The position numbers and the translations under genes were made by a program. The notes beneath the pieces were generated by a model. That model worked only from the letters and a program-made list of their open reading frames with translations. It was not told the DNA's origin and made no database searches. A stretch of 64,000 nucleotides of DNA from Candidatus Bathyarchaeia archaeon (GTDB lineage Archaea > Thermoproteota > Bathyarchaeia > Bathyarchaeales > Bathycorpusculaceae): contig JAVZNC010000005.1 in assembly GCA_038882955.1 (NCBI GenBank), positions 1 to 64,000 of the forward strand. The letters are read 5' to 3'. Below, piece by piece: positions 1 to 9,501 of the stretch; the stretch's first letter is position 1; each line of letters starts with the position of its first letter.

Positions 1-1
1 T

Positions 2-241
2 TGGAAGGCTACCATGGAATATCATAAAACTAAAAACATCAAATGGGTTCAGCAACTTCTTGGGCATAAAAAACTTGAAAACACAGATTTCTATACACAG
101 TTAATAAACTTTGAAAGCGACGAATACCATGTGGCTTACGCCAGAAACTTGGAAGAAGAAAGCAAATTAATAGAAGCTGGCTTCGAATATGTAAGGTATA
201 GTGAGAAAGATGGTGTGGCCATATATCGAAAAAGAAAATAG
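2..241 (+). mobile_element. Tyrosine recombinase/integrase, C-terminal part (gene begins before the window)
   Basis: The frame is open from base 2 (WKATMEYHKTK). It contains the box II motif VQQLLGHKKLENTDFY (catalytic His and Tyr) and ends 16 bp upstream of a tRNA. Confidence 0.85.
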
Positions 242-257
242 ACTAGTATAGTTCAGG

Positions 258-335
258 GCTCCGGTAGTATAGTCCGGTCAAGTATAGCGGCCTCTCGAGC
301 CGCGGACCCGGGTTCAAATCCCGGCCGGAGCACCA
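258..335 (+). tRNA. tRNA-Glu (anticodon CTC), intronless, CCA encoded
   Basis: Acceptor stem GCTCCGG/CCGGAGC followed by A-CCA. Anticodon arm GCGGC-CT-CTC-GA-GCCGC. T-arm CCGGG-TTCAAAT-CCCGG. Confidence 0.96.
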
Positions 336-623
336 CTTTGTAAACATTTTGTGCTTATGTTATTTGCAAATGAGGTAGGTGAAGTTAGGTGCGCCTAGGT
401 CGGAAGATTCGTGGCTTCAAGTAAACAGGAAGGGAATCTGGAGGTTTGTTCTCGTTGCTCCAGACTTGGAACTTTTGCCCGTATTAAAAACTCGCTTTGC
501 ATGTAAAGCGATTTCATGTTTAACGCGTTTCTGTTTGATGTGCTATGAAATACGCTTTGAAGGTATCGGAAGCCTAATTAAGGCGTTGCTATTATGTGCA
601 ACTTTTCTGGAGGCGCTGTGTTT

Positions 624-1796
624 ATGTCAACCAAGCGAAAGTGGATTTCAAAACGTGCGGACCTTGTTCCGTGGTCTGGCGTGCGGAAGATGTTTAATCT
701 TGCACAGAAATATGAAAACGTTATAAATTTGACTGTTGGAGAGCCCGATTTTGACACGCCTAAGCATGTTGTCGACGCTGCTATAGAAGCTATGCGTAAG
801 GCTTACACCCACTATACGCCTAATGCTGGCTTGATGGCGTTCAGGGAGACTGTTGCTGAAAAGGTTAAAAGAGAAAATGGTATAGATGCTGACTCAGAAA
901 CTGAAGTTATGGCAACCGTAGGCGCTATGGGTGCTTTGTCGCTTGCCATGCTAGCAATCATTGATAGGGGTGACGAGGTTTTAATTCCAGACCCAGGATT
1001 TCCAAGTTACAAAGCGCAAGTTATTTTGGCTGGTGGGCGCCCAGTCTCGTATCCGCTTAGGGAGGAGTATGGCTTCTCGATAAGAGTGGAGGATATTGAG
1101 AAACTTGTGACGAAGAAAACGAAGGCTATCATATTGAATACGCCATCAAACCCAACGGGCACCGTTTTAAGCGAAAAGATTTTGAAGGAAATATCCGAGC
1201 TTGCCATAGAAAAAGACCTTGTTGTAATCTCTGATGAGGCTTACGAAGCGATAACATATGACGGTTTTAGGCACGTGAGCATCGCTTCGCTGCCGGACAT
1301 GAAGGAGCGGACTATAAGCATTTTTACACTTTCTAAAACTTATGCCATGACTGGTTGGCGCATAGGTTTTTCTGTGGCGAATAAGGACGTTATAGGGCAG
1401 ATGACGAAGCTTCAGGAGCATGTATCAGCGCATCCAAGCTCGATTTCACAGATGGCCGCGGTGGCGGCTTTAAAGGGCGAAAAGAGTCATGTTGAAATGA
1501 TGGTTAAAGAGTACAGTGAACGGAGAGAGCTTGTGCTTAAAGGTTTGGCGGAAATGCCTAAAATTAAATGCTTAAAGCCTCAAGGCGCATTCTATGTTTT
1601 CCCAAACATAAAGGAATTCAATGTTTCTTCTGAAGAGTTTGCCATGCAAATGCTGGAGAAAGCGCGCGTTGTGCTTGTTCCCGGAACAGCGTTCGGCGAT
1701 AACGGTGAAGGCTATATTCGAATATCTTATGCAACATCTAAGGAGAAGCTTTCTGAAGCCTTAACGCGAATTAAAAACGCGTTATACGCCATGTGA
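624..1796 (+). CDS. PLP-dependent class I/II (aspartate/aromatic) aminotransferase
   Basis: Motifs GEPDFDTP, NTPSNPTG, DEAY and SKTYAMTGWRIG (PLP lysine). The ATG at 624 follows a GGAGG RBS. Confidence 0.92.
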   Translation: MSTKRKWISKRADLVPWSGVRKMFNLAQKYENVINLTVGEPDFDTPKHVVDAAIEAMRKAYTHYTPNAGLMAFRETVAEKVKRENGIDADSETEVMATVGAMGALSLAMLAIIDRGDEVLIPDPGFPSYKAQVILAGGRPVSYPLREEYGFSIRVEDIEKLVTKKTKAIILNTPSNPTGTVLSEKILKEISELAIEKDLVVISDEAYEAITYDGFRHVSIASLPDMKERTISIFTLSKTYAMTGWRIGFSVANKDVIGQMTKLQEHVSAHPSSISQMAAVAALKGEKSHVEMMVKEYSERRELVLKGLAEMPKIKCLKPQGAFYVFPNIKEFNVSSEEFAMQMLEKARVVLVPGTAFGDNGEGYIRISYATSKEKLSEALTRIKNALYAM

Positions 1797-1866
1797 AAAG
1801 CCAGTTCAAAGAGGAAATATTGAAATTTTGCTTCCGAAATTTTATATGCGTAACAGCGTGGAAGTC

Positions 1867-2154
1867 ATGATAAAAGTTCATGTGAGGTTTCTAACGCGGT
1901 TTAAAGAGGTTACGAAAAGGGATTCAGCTGATGTAAGCATTAACAAGGGCAGCACCATAGATGATTTATTGAGGCATTTGTGTAACTTGTTTGGAGAATC
2001 TTTTTGCAGTTTAGTTTTTAGAAGAAACGGCTCCATAGCGGAAAACCTCGTGATTTTTGTTAACGGCAAGAACATTTTAACACTCGAGGGAGGTAAAACA
2101 AAGCTTGCCGATGGAGATTATCTAATACTATCGACGCCCGTGGTTGGAGGGTGA
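1867..2154 (+). CDS. MoaD/ThiS/SAMP-family ubiquitin-like sulfur carrier
   Basis: About 95 aa beta-grasp pattern with IFVNGKNI and a C-terminal PVVGG. Confidence 0.88.
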   Translation: MIKVHVRFLTRFKEVTKRDSADVSINKGSTIDDLLRHLCNLFGESFCSLVFRRNGSIAENLVIFVNGKNILTLEGGKTKLADGDYLILSTPVVGG

Positions 2155-2214
2155 ACAAAATAGGCTCAAGCTTTTTTATCTATCTAATAAATTGTAACTT
2201 CGAGAAGTGATTAA

Positions 2215-3522
2215 ATGGAAAAGTTTGACCTCGTAATTTTGGGTGGCGGCGTTTCTGGTGCGTGCGCAGCTTATGCTGCCGCGTCTAAATCGAGAGATTC
2301 AAAGAAGAGGCTCTCGGTTGCGTTGATTTCAGATGAAGAGGCAATTTATTCAAGAGGTGCTCTTCCATCGTTAATAGCGCGTGAAATTAGTTCGCTTAAA
2401 GAGATTAGTGTCTATCCAGTTTCTCAACTTAGGAGGCTTGGTGTAAATTTCTATAAGCGGCATGAAATTTTATCAGTTGATTTCGGAGAAAAATCTGTTT
2501 CAATTAAGAACCTTGAAAACGAAAGAAAAACAGAAGTTGCTTTTAAAAAGCTTATAATAGCTACTGGAAGTCTACCAAAAGTTCCGCCAGTTAAGGGCGC
2601 AAACTTGAAAGGAGTTTATACCGTAAAATGGTTTAAAGATGCGAAAGAGTTATCGAAAAAAGCTAAGCCGAAAATGAAAGCGCTTGTTGTTGGCGCTGGG
2701 CTTATTGGTATGGAAACCGCGTATGCGCTTAGGAAACTCAATTTGGATGTCACTCTTATCGAAATGTTGCCAAATATCCTTTCTGGGGTGCTTGAGCCGC
2801 GTCTTTCAAGCTATGTTAAGGCAAAGGCTGAAAGCATGGGTGTGAAAGTTAGAGTGAATTGTACGTTAGATGGCATTGAGGGAAAGAGGAAGGTTGAAGC
2901 TGCTGTTTTGAATGGTGAAAAGGCTGCGTTTGATTTTGTAGTCTTCTGTGTTGGTGTTAAACCTAACACAAAGATTTTCGCCGAGAGCGATTTAAATGTG
3001 GCTGAATATGGCGCAATAAAGATAGATTCGCAGATGCGAACAAGTGTAGAAGATGTTTATGCTATTGGCGACTGTGCTGAAAAAATTGACTTCATAACAA
3101 AGCGCCCCGTTCACCGTCCACTTGGAAGCCTCGCTACGAGAACTGCTGAAATAGCTGGAATCAACGCTTTAGGCGCAAATGTGGAATTTGAGGGTAGTAT
3201 CCGCCACCAATACGATTATGTTTTTGGAACACACATCAGCAGCATGGGATTAAGCAGCACCGAAGCCTCTTCTCTTGGACTTAGCACCGAAACCATAGAT
3301 GTCAAGTTGTCAAGGAACAGCGCCTTCTACCAAGAGCCTCTCAAAATTCCTCTGGGTACAAAAATGTGCACCATTATCAATAAAAAGGATGATAGGATTG
3401 TCGGGTGGCAAAGTGTTGGACCATCTAGACTCGTTAGCTTTTACAACGTTTTCATTGATGAGATCATAAGAAAGGGAGGAAGCGTTAAAGATATTCAGGA
3501 AGCTGGGTTAGAGGTTTCCTAA
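2215..3522 (+). CDS. FAD/NAD-dependent pyridine nucleotide oxidoreductase (NADH oxidase/CoADR-like fold, lacking the redox Cys)
   Basis: Motifs GGGVSG, LIIATGS, VVGAGLIGME and YAIGDCAE. It reads YSRGALP where CoADR/Nox enzymes have YxxCxLP. Confidence 0.85.
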   Translation: MEKFDLVILGGGVSGACAAYAAASKSRDSKKRLSVALISDEEAIYSRGALPSLIAREISSLKEISVYPVSQLRRLGVNFYKRHEILSVDFGEKSVSIKNLENERKTEVAFKKLIIATGSLPKVPPVKGANLKGVYTVKWFKDAKELSKKAKPKMKALVVGAGLIGMETAYALRKLNLDVTLIEMLPNILSGVLEPRLSSYVKAKAESMGVKVRVNCTLDGIEGKRKVEAAVLNGEKAAFDFVVFCVGVKPNTKIFAESDLNVAEYGAIKIDSQMRTSVEDVYAIGDCAEKIDFITKRPVHRPLGSLATRTAEIAGINALGANVEFEGSIRHQYDYVFGTHISSMGLSSTEASSLGLSTETIDVKLSRNSAFYQEPLKIPLGTKMCTIINKKDDRIVGWQSVGPSRLVSFYNVFIDEIIRKGGSVKDIQEAGLEVS

Positions 3523-5468
3523 ACTGACCGCTTTGGAAGTCTTCCAAGTTTTTCCAGTTCACTTGCAACATCTGTTAACTCTAACTTCTCCAATGTTTCC
3601 TTGTAAGGCCAGCTTGTTTTGATGTCCCACTCGTGCAATGCGTAATATTTGTCAAGCATGCTGTCCAGTTCTTGTTGGGAGTTCATCATGCCCTTGGCTG
3701 GACCTGATGCTGCGGGTTCGTTCATTAGTCGCCATGGTAGGTTGTCAAGTTTTCTGTCGGCGCCTTCTCTGATGTTGAAACACTTTTCAATTGTTACGAT
3801 GCGCCTCCCTGCATTCATTATTGTTTTTTCGTCCATCGGTATGCCCGTTGCCAAATGAAACATTTGCGCCATATTTTCTGGATTAACCGCGTATGCGGCG
3901 GTTGTTGCGAAGGCACAGAAGCCCAAACTGTCAGTAACCGCGTAGCAGTCTTCATGCCAACGCACAATTTCTGGGCGGTACTCTAGATAGTACGGTGAAG
4001 CCCATTTCTTGTCCCCGGTGAGTTTCTCTATTAGCGCTATTGATTCTGGGCTTGCACCAAACTCAGCGAAAGTTTCCGTGTGGAGATGGTCTGGACCGCG
4101 TGGGTTAACTGCAAATGCTAATGAATAAGCTTTTGCCGCCCTTGTTTCCACGTTTGACTGTTCAAGACCTTTTGCGTTGCATATTGCCCATTTCCAACTG
4201 TCTTTTCCAACTTTTTCAGAGGCGCGTTTAACACCTTCAGCCAGCAAGTTTCCAAGTTTGCCCTTGCGAAAAGCTATTGCCTCAATAGCTTTTATTAACG
4301 CGTCGACATTTCCGAAGTTGAGCTCTACTCCATCAGTGTTCTCTTTTGTTAAAACGCCTTTTTCGTAACTTTCCATAGCCCACGCAATCGTAATGCCAGT
4401 CGAAATAGTGTCCAAGCCGTAGATGTTGCAAAGTTCATTCGCCTTAATAACCGCGTCAGTGTCAATTATCCATGTTTGCGAACCGAGACCTGCAAACGTT
4501 TCGTATTCTGGTCCGCCAGTGTATGTTCCAGCGTATGGTCCGTTTTTGGCTTCAACAAATCTGTGGCAGCTTGTTGTGCAGCTGAAGCAGCCTACTCTCC
4601 GCAGCAAATACCCTTTCTCAACAAGGTTTTGCCCAGTTAGCGGAGTTACATCATCAATATGTCCATACTTAAAGTTGCGATTTGGAAAGGCGTGCAAATC
4701 ATTTACGAAACCTAACGACCCAGAGGTTCCATAATTATAAAGCGATTGCGCACCACTATCTTTTGCCAAATTTTTGCGTACTTCTAGAGCTAGTTCTCTG
4801 AACTCGTCTGGTTTCCACAACTCTATGCTTTTCGTGCCTCTTACGGCTATTGCTTTAACGTTTTTTGAACCCATCACCGCGCCTGCTCCGCCTCTGCCAG
4901 CTGCGTGATACACAGAGTTCATGACAGCAGCGAATTTTACGAGTTTTTCTCCGGCTGGTCCGATGCATGCAACTTTCGTTTCTTTGTCGCCCATATCCTC
5001 TACCAACGCGTTTGTTGTTTCTCTAACGTCTAGTCCCCAGAGGTGTTTTGCATCTCTTATTTCGACGTTGTCGTCTTGTATTGTCACATATATTGGATGC
5101 TCCGCCCTTCCATGTAATATCAACTGGTCATAACCTGCAAATTTTAGTTCAGCACCCCAGTGCCCGCCCATGTTTGTTTTGAGGTAGAGGTTTGTTATTG
5201 GACCCTTGCACGTGATTGTTGTTCTTCCAGAAGATGGCGCAGTAGTGCCCGTGAGAGCACCTGTTCCAAATATTAGGACATTTTCCGGTCCAAGCGGGTC
5301 TATGTTTGGTCTGGCGATTAGGTTCCACAATAGTTTGGCGTTAATTCCTCTACCGCCAAGGAAGAGTTCGCCCAGCTGTCGGCTTAATTCTTCTGTCCAT
5401 ACTCTGCCTCTCGATAAGTCTACGTGAAGAATTTTTCCTTGCCAGCCATACATTTCACTTGCCTCCAA
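3519..5468 (-). CDS. Tungsten aldehyde:ferredoxin oxidoreductase family catalytic subunit
   Basis: Motifs LGGRG, ACIGPAGEKLV, GRGGAGAVMGSKNVKAI, CxxCxxxC, PEYET and GLDTIS. Confidence 0.93.
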   Translation of the reverse strand: MEASEMYGWQGKILHVDLSRGRVWTEELSRQLGELFLGGRGINAKLLWNLIARPNIDPLGPENVLIFGTGALTGTTAPSSGRTTITCKGPITNLYLKTNMGGHWGAELKFAGYDQLILHGRAEHPIYVTIQDDNVEIRDAKHLWGLDVRETTNALVEDMGDKETKVACIGPAGEKLVKFAAVMNSVYHAAGRGGAGAVMGSKNVKAIAVRGTKSIELWKPDEFRELALEVRKNLAKDSGAQSLYNYGTSGSLGFVNDLHAFPNRNFKYGHIDDVTPLTGQNLVEKGYLLRRVGCFSCTTSCHRFVEAKNGPYAGTYTGGPEYETFAGLGSQTWIIDTDAVIKANELCNIYGLDTISTGITIAWAMESYEKGVLTKENTDGVELNFGNVDALIKAIEAIAFRKGKLGNLLAEGVKRASEKVGKDSWKWAICNAKGLEQSNVETRAAKAYSLAFAVNPRGPDHLHTETFAEFGASPESIALIEKLTGDKKWASPYYLEYRPEIVRWHEDCYAVTDSLGFCAFATTAAYAVNPENMAQMFHLATGIPMDEKTIMNAGRRIVTIEKCFNIREGADRKLDNLPWRLMNEPAASGPAKGMMNSQQELDSMLDKYYALHEWDIKTSWPYKETLEKLELTDVASELEKLGRLPKRSV

Positions 5469-5940
5469 CTATTGTTGCTAGGGCTTTGATGCGCTTTTCC
5501 AGCGAGTGCCACTTCTTGTCAAACTCTTCCGCTTCTAGGCTTACGTATTGAATTGCTTTTGGAATGCATACTTTTGCACATTCTGGGTCGCCACCGCATA
5601 GGTCGCATTTTATTGCCACGCCTTGCCTTACAGTTATAGCGCCAAACGGACAAGCCCAAACACATTCCTTACACCCAATACACTTATTTTGGTCAACGAG
5701 AAGCGCGTTGGTTTTAGGGTCTCTTGATATTGCCCTTGTCGGACAAACATTTTGGCAGGGCGCATTCTTGCACTGCTCGCAGATCACTGGCACAGCCAAA
5801 CATATGCTCTCCTTCTTTGGCACCCACAATCGCGCCACTTTCATGTCAAGCTTCTGCTCTTTTCTAAGGGAGCATGCTACAACACATGATTTGCAACCTG
5901 TACAAGCGTCTAGGTCCAAAAATAGTATGGGTTTTTCCAT
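5455..5940 (-). CDS. Multi-[4Fe-4S] electron-transfer subunit (DmsB/HycB/AorA-like)
   Basis: Cys motifs CTGCKSCVVAC, CEQCKNAPCQNVCP, CIGCKECVWACP and KCDLCGGDPECAKVC. It overlaps the AOR start. Confidence 0.92.
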   Translation of the reverse strand: MEKPILFLDLDACTGCKSCVVACSLRKEQKLDMKVARLWVPKKESICLAVPVICEQCKNAPCQNVCPTRAISRDPKTNALLVDQNKCIGCKECVWACPFGAITVRQGVAIKCDLCGGDPECAKVCIPKAIQYVSLEAEEFDKKWHSLEKRIKALATIVGGK

Positions 5941-6021
5941 TTTAAACCGCCTTTTTTGACTTGAAGAGGTTATTTGATGTGAGGCTTATGATATAAATTT
6001 TGTTCGACATTTCGGGTGTTT

Positions 6022-6777
6022 TCACCTTTTCTTTATTCGTTCTACTAATGGCTTAGAAAGCGGGTCTTTCTCTAAATAGTCCATGTAGTGAAGTGCACCA
6101 GCCTTTATTATTAGGGCTAGCTCTGCGACTCTTTTACCAAGAGTTCTAGCCGATTTCACGGCAACATCAGCATCAAAACTTTTCGCTTCGTACAAGGTCT
6201 TTAATGCGTCCTTTTCAACTTTGTTCTCTGTCCAACCAGCACCGCCAATGTAGGATTCCCATGGATCTCCAGAAACTACAATGTTGCCCATGACAATTGC
6301 GTGATTTATGATTTCTTTTATTGCGTTTTCTTGTCCAGAAAATATGTGAACGCCTTGGGCTATTGCACCGTAAACTTTTAGATGTCTGCCTGCGCTGCCT
6401 TGATAGCTCCATAGACTGTTTCCAAGCCTATCTATGAAACATTTTAGTTGCCCAGGTATGCTCATGTGGTAAACTGGAACCGCCATTATGACTGCGTCCG
6501 CGTCTAACCATTTATCCCGAAGTTCGTTAAAATCGTCCTTTTCGCTTCTGATGCATTCTCCAGTTTTTGCGCATGTAAAGCAGCTTATGCATGGAAGATA
6601 CTCTTTGCCAGCTATTGAGTAGGCTTCTGTTTCAACGTTTTTTGGATTAACAGATTTCGCAGCGTCTAACGCTTGATTCAGCAGAAACTCGGTGTTTGCT
6701 TTTTTACGTGGGCTTCCGCTTATGCCAAGAACCTTGATTTTTATTTCGCTTTTCTTTAAACTTTGCATATGCCTCAA
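6022..6777 (-). CDS. Iron-sulfur flavoprotein / NADPH-dependent FMN reductase family
   Basis: Motifs GISGSPRK, CISCFTCAKTGEC, PVY and LKCFIDRL. Confidence 0.85.
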   Translation of the reverse strand: MRHMQSLKKSEIKIKVLGISGSPRKKANTEFLLNQALDAAKSVNPKNVETEAYSIAGKEYLPCISCFTCAKTGECIRSEKDDFNELRDKWLDADAVIMAVPVYHMSIPGQLKCFIDRLGNSLWSYQGSAGRHLKVYGAIAQGVHIFSGQENAIKEIINHAIVMGNIVVSGDPWESYIGGAGWTENKVEKDALKTLYEAKSFDADVAVKSARTLGKRVAELALIIKAGALHYMDYLEKDPLSKPLVERIKKR

Positions 6778-6962
6778 TTTTGTTTTTCAATTCATTCATG
6801 TATTATAAATTTTCTACCAAAATCGCCGTTCAACAGTAATCAAAATCAAAACACTTACGTCAGAATCTTTTAGTATGAAAAGTGGTCGCGTTCAAATTTC
6901 ACCGTTATATTTATGAGCATGCTACACTCTAACACCATGAACCACCAATCGGGGAAAGCCGC

Positions 6963-7997
6963 ATGAAAAAAGTTGTAACTTTCGGCGAAATAATGCTGCG
7001 TCTAGCACCCCCGGGCTTTCTGCGGATTACGCAAGCAAGGTCTTTTGATGCTATTTACGCTGGGGCAGAGGCGAATGTTGCCATAACTTTAGCAAATCTT
7101 GGTTTTCCAGCTGATTTTGTTACTAGGCTTCCGTCTAATGATTTGGGTGATGCATGCATAAACTATCTGCGGCAGTTCGGCGTTGGAACCGAAAAAGTAG
7201 TTCGCGGCGGAGACCGTTTAGGCATATATTTCTTGGAAGTAGGTGCAGCGCAAAGAGGCAACAAGGTAATATATGATAGGGCTAACTCTTCATTTGCAAC
7301 GGCAAATCCAAAAGATTTTGATTGGGAGAAAATATTTGCCGATGCGTGCTGGTTCCATTGGACTGGAATAACTCCAGCAATAAGCGAAAGCGCAGCGGAC
7401 ACATGTCTGGACGCCGTCAAAAAGGCAAAGAAAATGGGATTAACGGTTTCATGCGATTTAAATTATAGGGCTATGTTGTGGAAGTGGGGCAAAACCGCAA
7501 AAGAGGTTATGTCGCAACTAGCAAAATTCGTCGACGTTATGGTGGCCAACGAGGAAGACGCTGAAAAGGTTTTCGGCGTTAAGGCACCAGGTGTTGATGT
7601 CACAAAGGGCGAAGTGAAAGCAGAAAGCTACCAGTATGTTGGACAAAAAATTGTTGAAATGTTCTCAAACATTAAGATTGTTGCTTTTACGCTTAGGGGA
7701 AGCATAAGCGCAACCCACAACACATGGTCTGGAGCGCTGTATGATGGCGATAAACTTTACACAGCACCAGTCTACGACATAGACTTCATTGTTGACCGTG
7801 TTGGCGCAGGCGACTCATTTTCTGGCGGTTTAATATATGGTCTTTTGAATTTCAAGGATGACAAACAGAAAGCCCTAAACTTTGCAGTTGCAGTTTCATG
7901 TCTTAAGCATTCGCTATATGGCGATTCATGCCTAGTTAGGTTAAGCGAAGTGGAAAACCTCATGAAAGGAATAACTTCTGGAAGAATAGTTCGCTAA
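6963..7997 (+). CDS. kdgK: 2-dehydro-3-deoxygluconokinase (PfkB family, bacterial type)
   Basis: Motifs VTFGEIMLRL, GAEANVA, WFHWTGITPA, DLNYR and DRVGAGDSF. It lies directly upstream of an Eda-like gene. Confidence 0.85.
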   Translation: MKKVVTFGEIMLRLAPPGFLRITQARSFDAIYAGAEANVAITLANLGFPADFVTRLPSNDLGDACINYLRQFGVGTEKVVRGGDRLGIYFLEVGAAQRGNKVIYDRANSSFATANPKDFDWEKIFADACWFHWTGITPAISESAADTCLDAVKKAKKMGLTVSCDLNYRAMLWKWGKTAKEVMSQLAKFVDVMVANEEDAEKVFGVKAPGVDVTKGEVKAESYQYVGQKIVEMFSNIKIVAFTLRGSISATHNTWSGALYDGDKLYTAPVYDIDFIVDRVGAGDSFSGGLIYGLLNFKDDKQKALNFAVAVSCLKHSLYGDSCLVRLSEVENLMKGITSGRIVR

Positions 7998-8013
7998 GCA
8001 TGGAGGTGTTTAC

Positions 8014-9033
8014 ATGGCGAGATTAACGAAATGTGAAGTTACCACGAAAATAACGGAAATAGGGCTTCTTCCAACATTCTATGAGGGAAACGTTGAAACC
8101 GCAAAGAAAATCGTGGCAGCATGCGCTGAAGGCGGAGCAAAAGTCGTTGAGTTCACAAATCGCGGAGCCTTGGCCTATCAAGTTTTCAGCGAACTTGTAA
8201 AATGGCGCGACAATGAATTTCCAGACGTGATTCTAGGGGCTGGAACAATAATTGAACCGTCAGCTGCGTCGCTTTACATAAACTGCGGAGCAAACTTCAT
8301 AGTTGGACCAATATTTAATCCAGAAGTGGCAAGAACCTGCAACAGATACAAGGTGGTTTATGTTCCAGGTTGCAGCACACCGTCCGAGATATCCATGGCC
8401 GAAGAAATGGGCGCGGACATAATTAAAATATTTCCAGCTGATGTTCTAGGTCCACAGTTCATAAAAGATGTTCTTGGGCCATTTCCATGGGCTAGGCTTA
8501 TGCCTTCTGGTGGGGTTGACGCTACAAAGGAAAGCATCTCAAGCTGGATTAAGGCTGGAGCGGTCGCGGTGAACATGGGCTCGAATCTCATAGTGAAGGA
8601 TTTTGTGAAAGCTGGAGATTTCGAGGCAATAAAGAAACGAGTTGAGAGCTGCATACAATGGATACGCGAAGCAAGAGGCATACCATTATTTTTGGGCGTG
8701 GAGCATCTAGCAATATACCCAACAGAAAAGGCAAATGCAAACGCAATCGCTGATTGGTACGCGGAAAAGTTCGGCTTTACAAGAAAGGAAGGACAAACGT
8801 CAATTATGCTTTCCAGTGTCGGCTCTGGAAAAATAGAAGTCATGAAAGCTCCAGAAAAAGGCGTTCAAGGACACGTGGCAATCTATGTTTCGAACTTTGA
8901 AGCAGCGTGCGACTATCTTAAGGAAAAAGGCGTGAAACTTGAAGAACCAACAGTTAAAGCTGGAGTCAAGGCAGTTTACCTAAAAGAAAAAGACCCAGCA
9001 GGAAACAAAGTGCACCTAATATACCGCCCTTAA
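8014..9033 (+). CDS. eda: KDPG/KHG aldolase fused to a C-terminal VOC (glyoxalase-like) domain
   Basis: Aldolase motifs VEFTNR, LGAGTI, PGCSTPSE, IKIFP and PSGGV. The last ~110 aa read EHLAI...IEVM...GHVAIYV...DPAGNKVHLI. Confidence 0.85.
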   Translation: MARLTKCEVTTKITEIGLLPTFYEGNVETAKKIVAACAEGGAKVVEFTNRGALAYQVFSELVKWRDNEFPDVILGAGTIIEPSAASLYINCGANFIVGPIFNPEVARTCNRYKVVYVPGCSTPSEISMAEEMGADIIKIFPADVLGPQFIKDVLGPFPWARLMPSGGVDATKESISSWIKAGAVAVNMGSNLIVKDFVKAGDFEAIKKRVESCIQWIREARGIPLFLGVEHLAIYPTEKANANAIADWYAEKFGFTRKEGQTSIMLSSVGSGKIEVMKAPEKGVQGHVAIYVSNFEAACDYLKEKGVKLEEPTVKAGVKAVYLKEKDPAGNKVHLIYRP

Positions 9034-9092
9034 CTGCCCTAACCCTCCATTTTTATATTTTTCCCAGTTATTTTGTAGAATGGTGATTTAAG

Positions 9093-9485
9093 ATGCTGAT
9101 ACAAAGCATACGTAAAGTCGAAGGAGCCAAAAAGCACGGTGGCGCCATTTATAGAGACTTGTTCTGCACGAGCATTGAAGAAAGCTCTAACAAGGATAAA
9201 AATAGCGAGTGCCTACGGACAATCTGGAAATTTTGGCATACAACGGTTCCTCCAGGAGCCCTCATTGAAACACATTTGCATGACTACCACGAGCAAATAT
9301 ACTTCATACTGAAGGGTTCCGGCATAATCACCATCGGAAACGAAAGCGAAAAAGTTCGAGAAGGCGACGCCATCTACGTGCCAACCAATACGCCCCACGG
9401 CTTCCGCAATGACTCAGACGAACCTTGCGAAATGATTTGCGTAGGCGCAAACATATTTCGGACAACTCTTGGAATAAAAGAATAA
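9093..9485 (+). CDS. Cupin-domain protein
   Basis: Cupin motifs HLHDYHEQIYFILKGSG and GDAIYVPTNTPHGFRN. Confidence 0.88.
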   Translation: MLIQSIRKVEGAKKHGGAIYRDLFCTSIEESSNKDKNSECLRTIWKFWHTTVPPGALIETHLHDYHEQIYFILKGSGIITIGNESEKVREGDAIYVPTNTPHGFRNDSDEPCEMICVGANIFRTTLGIKE

Positions 9486-9501
9486 AATACGCAAAGTGCG
9501 T

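Noticed and set aside
379-726. 115-aa ORF after the tRNA
   Set aside because: It has no recognisable motif, an atypical composition, and overlaps the aminotransferase in another frame.
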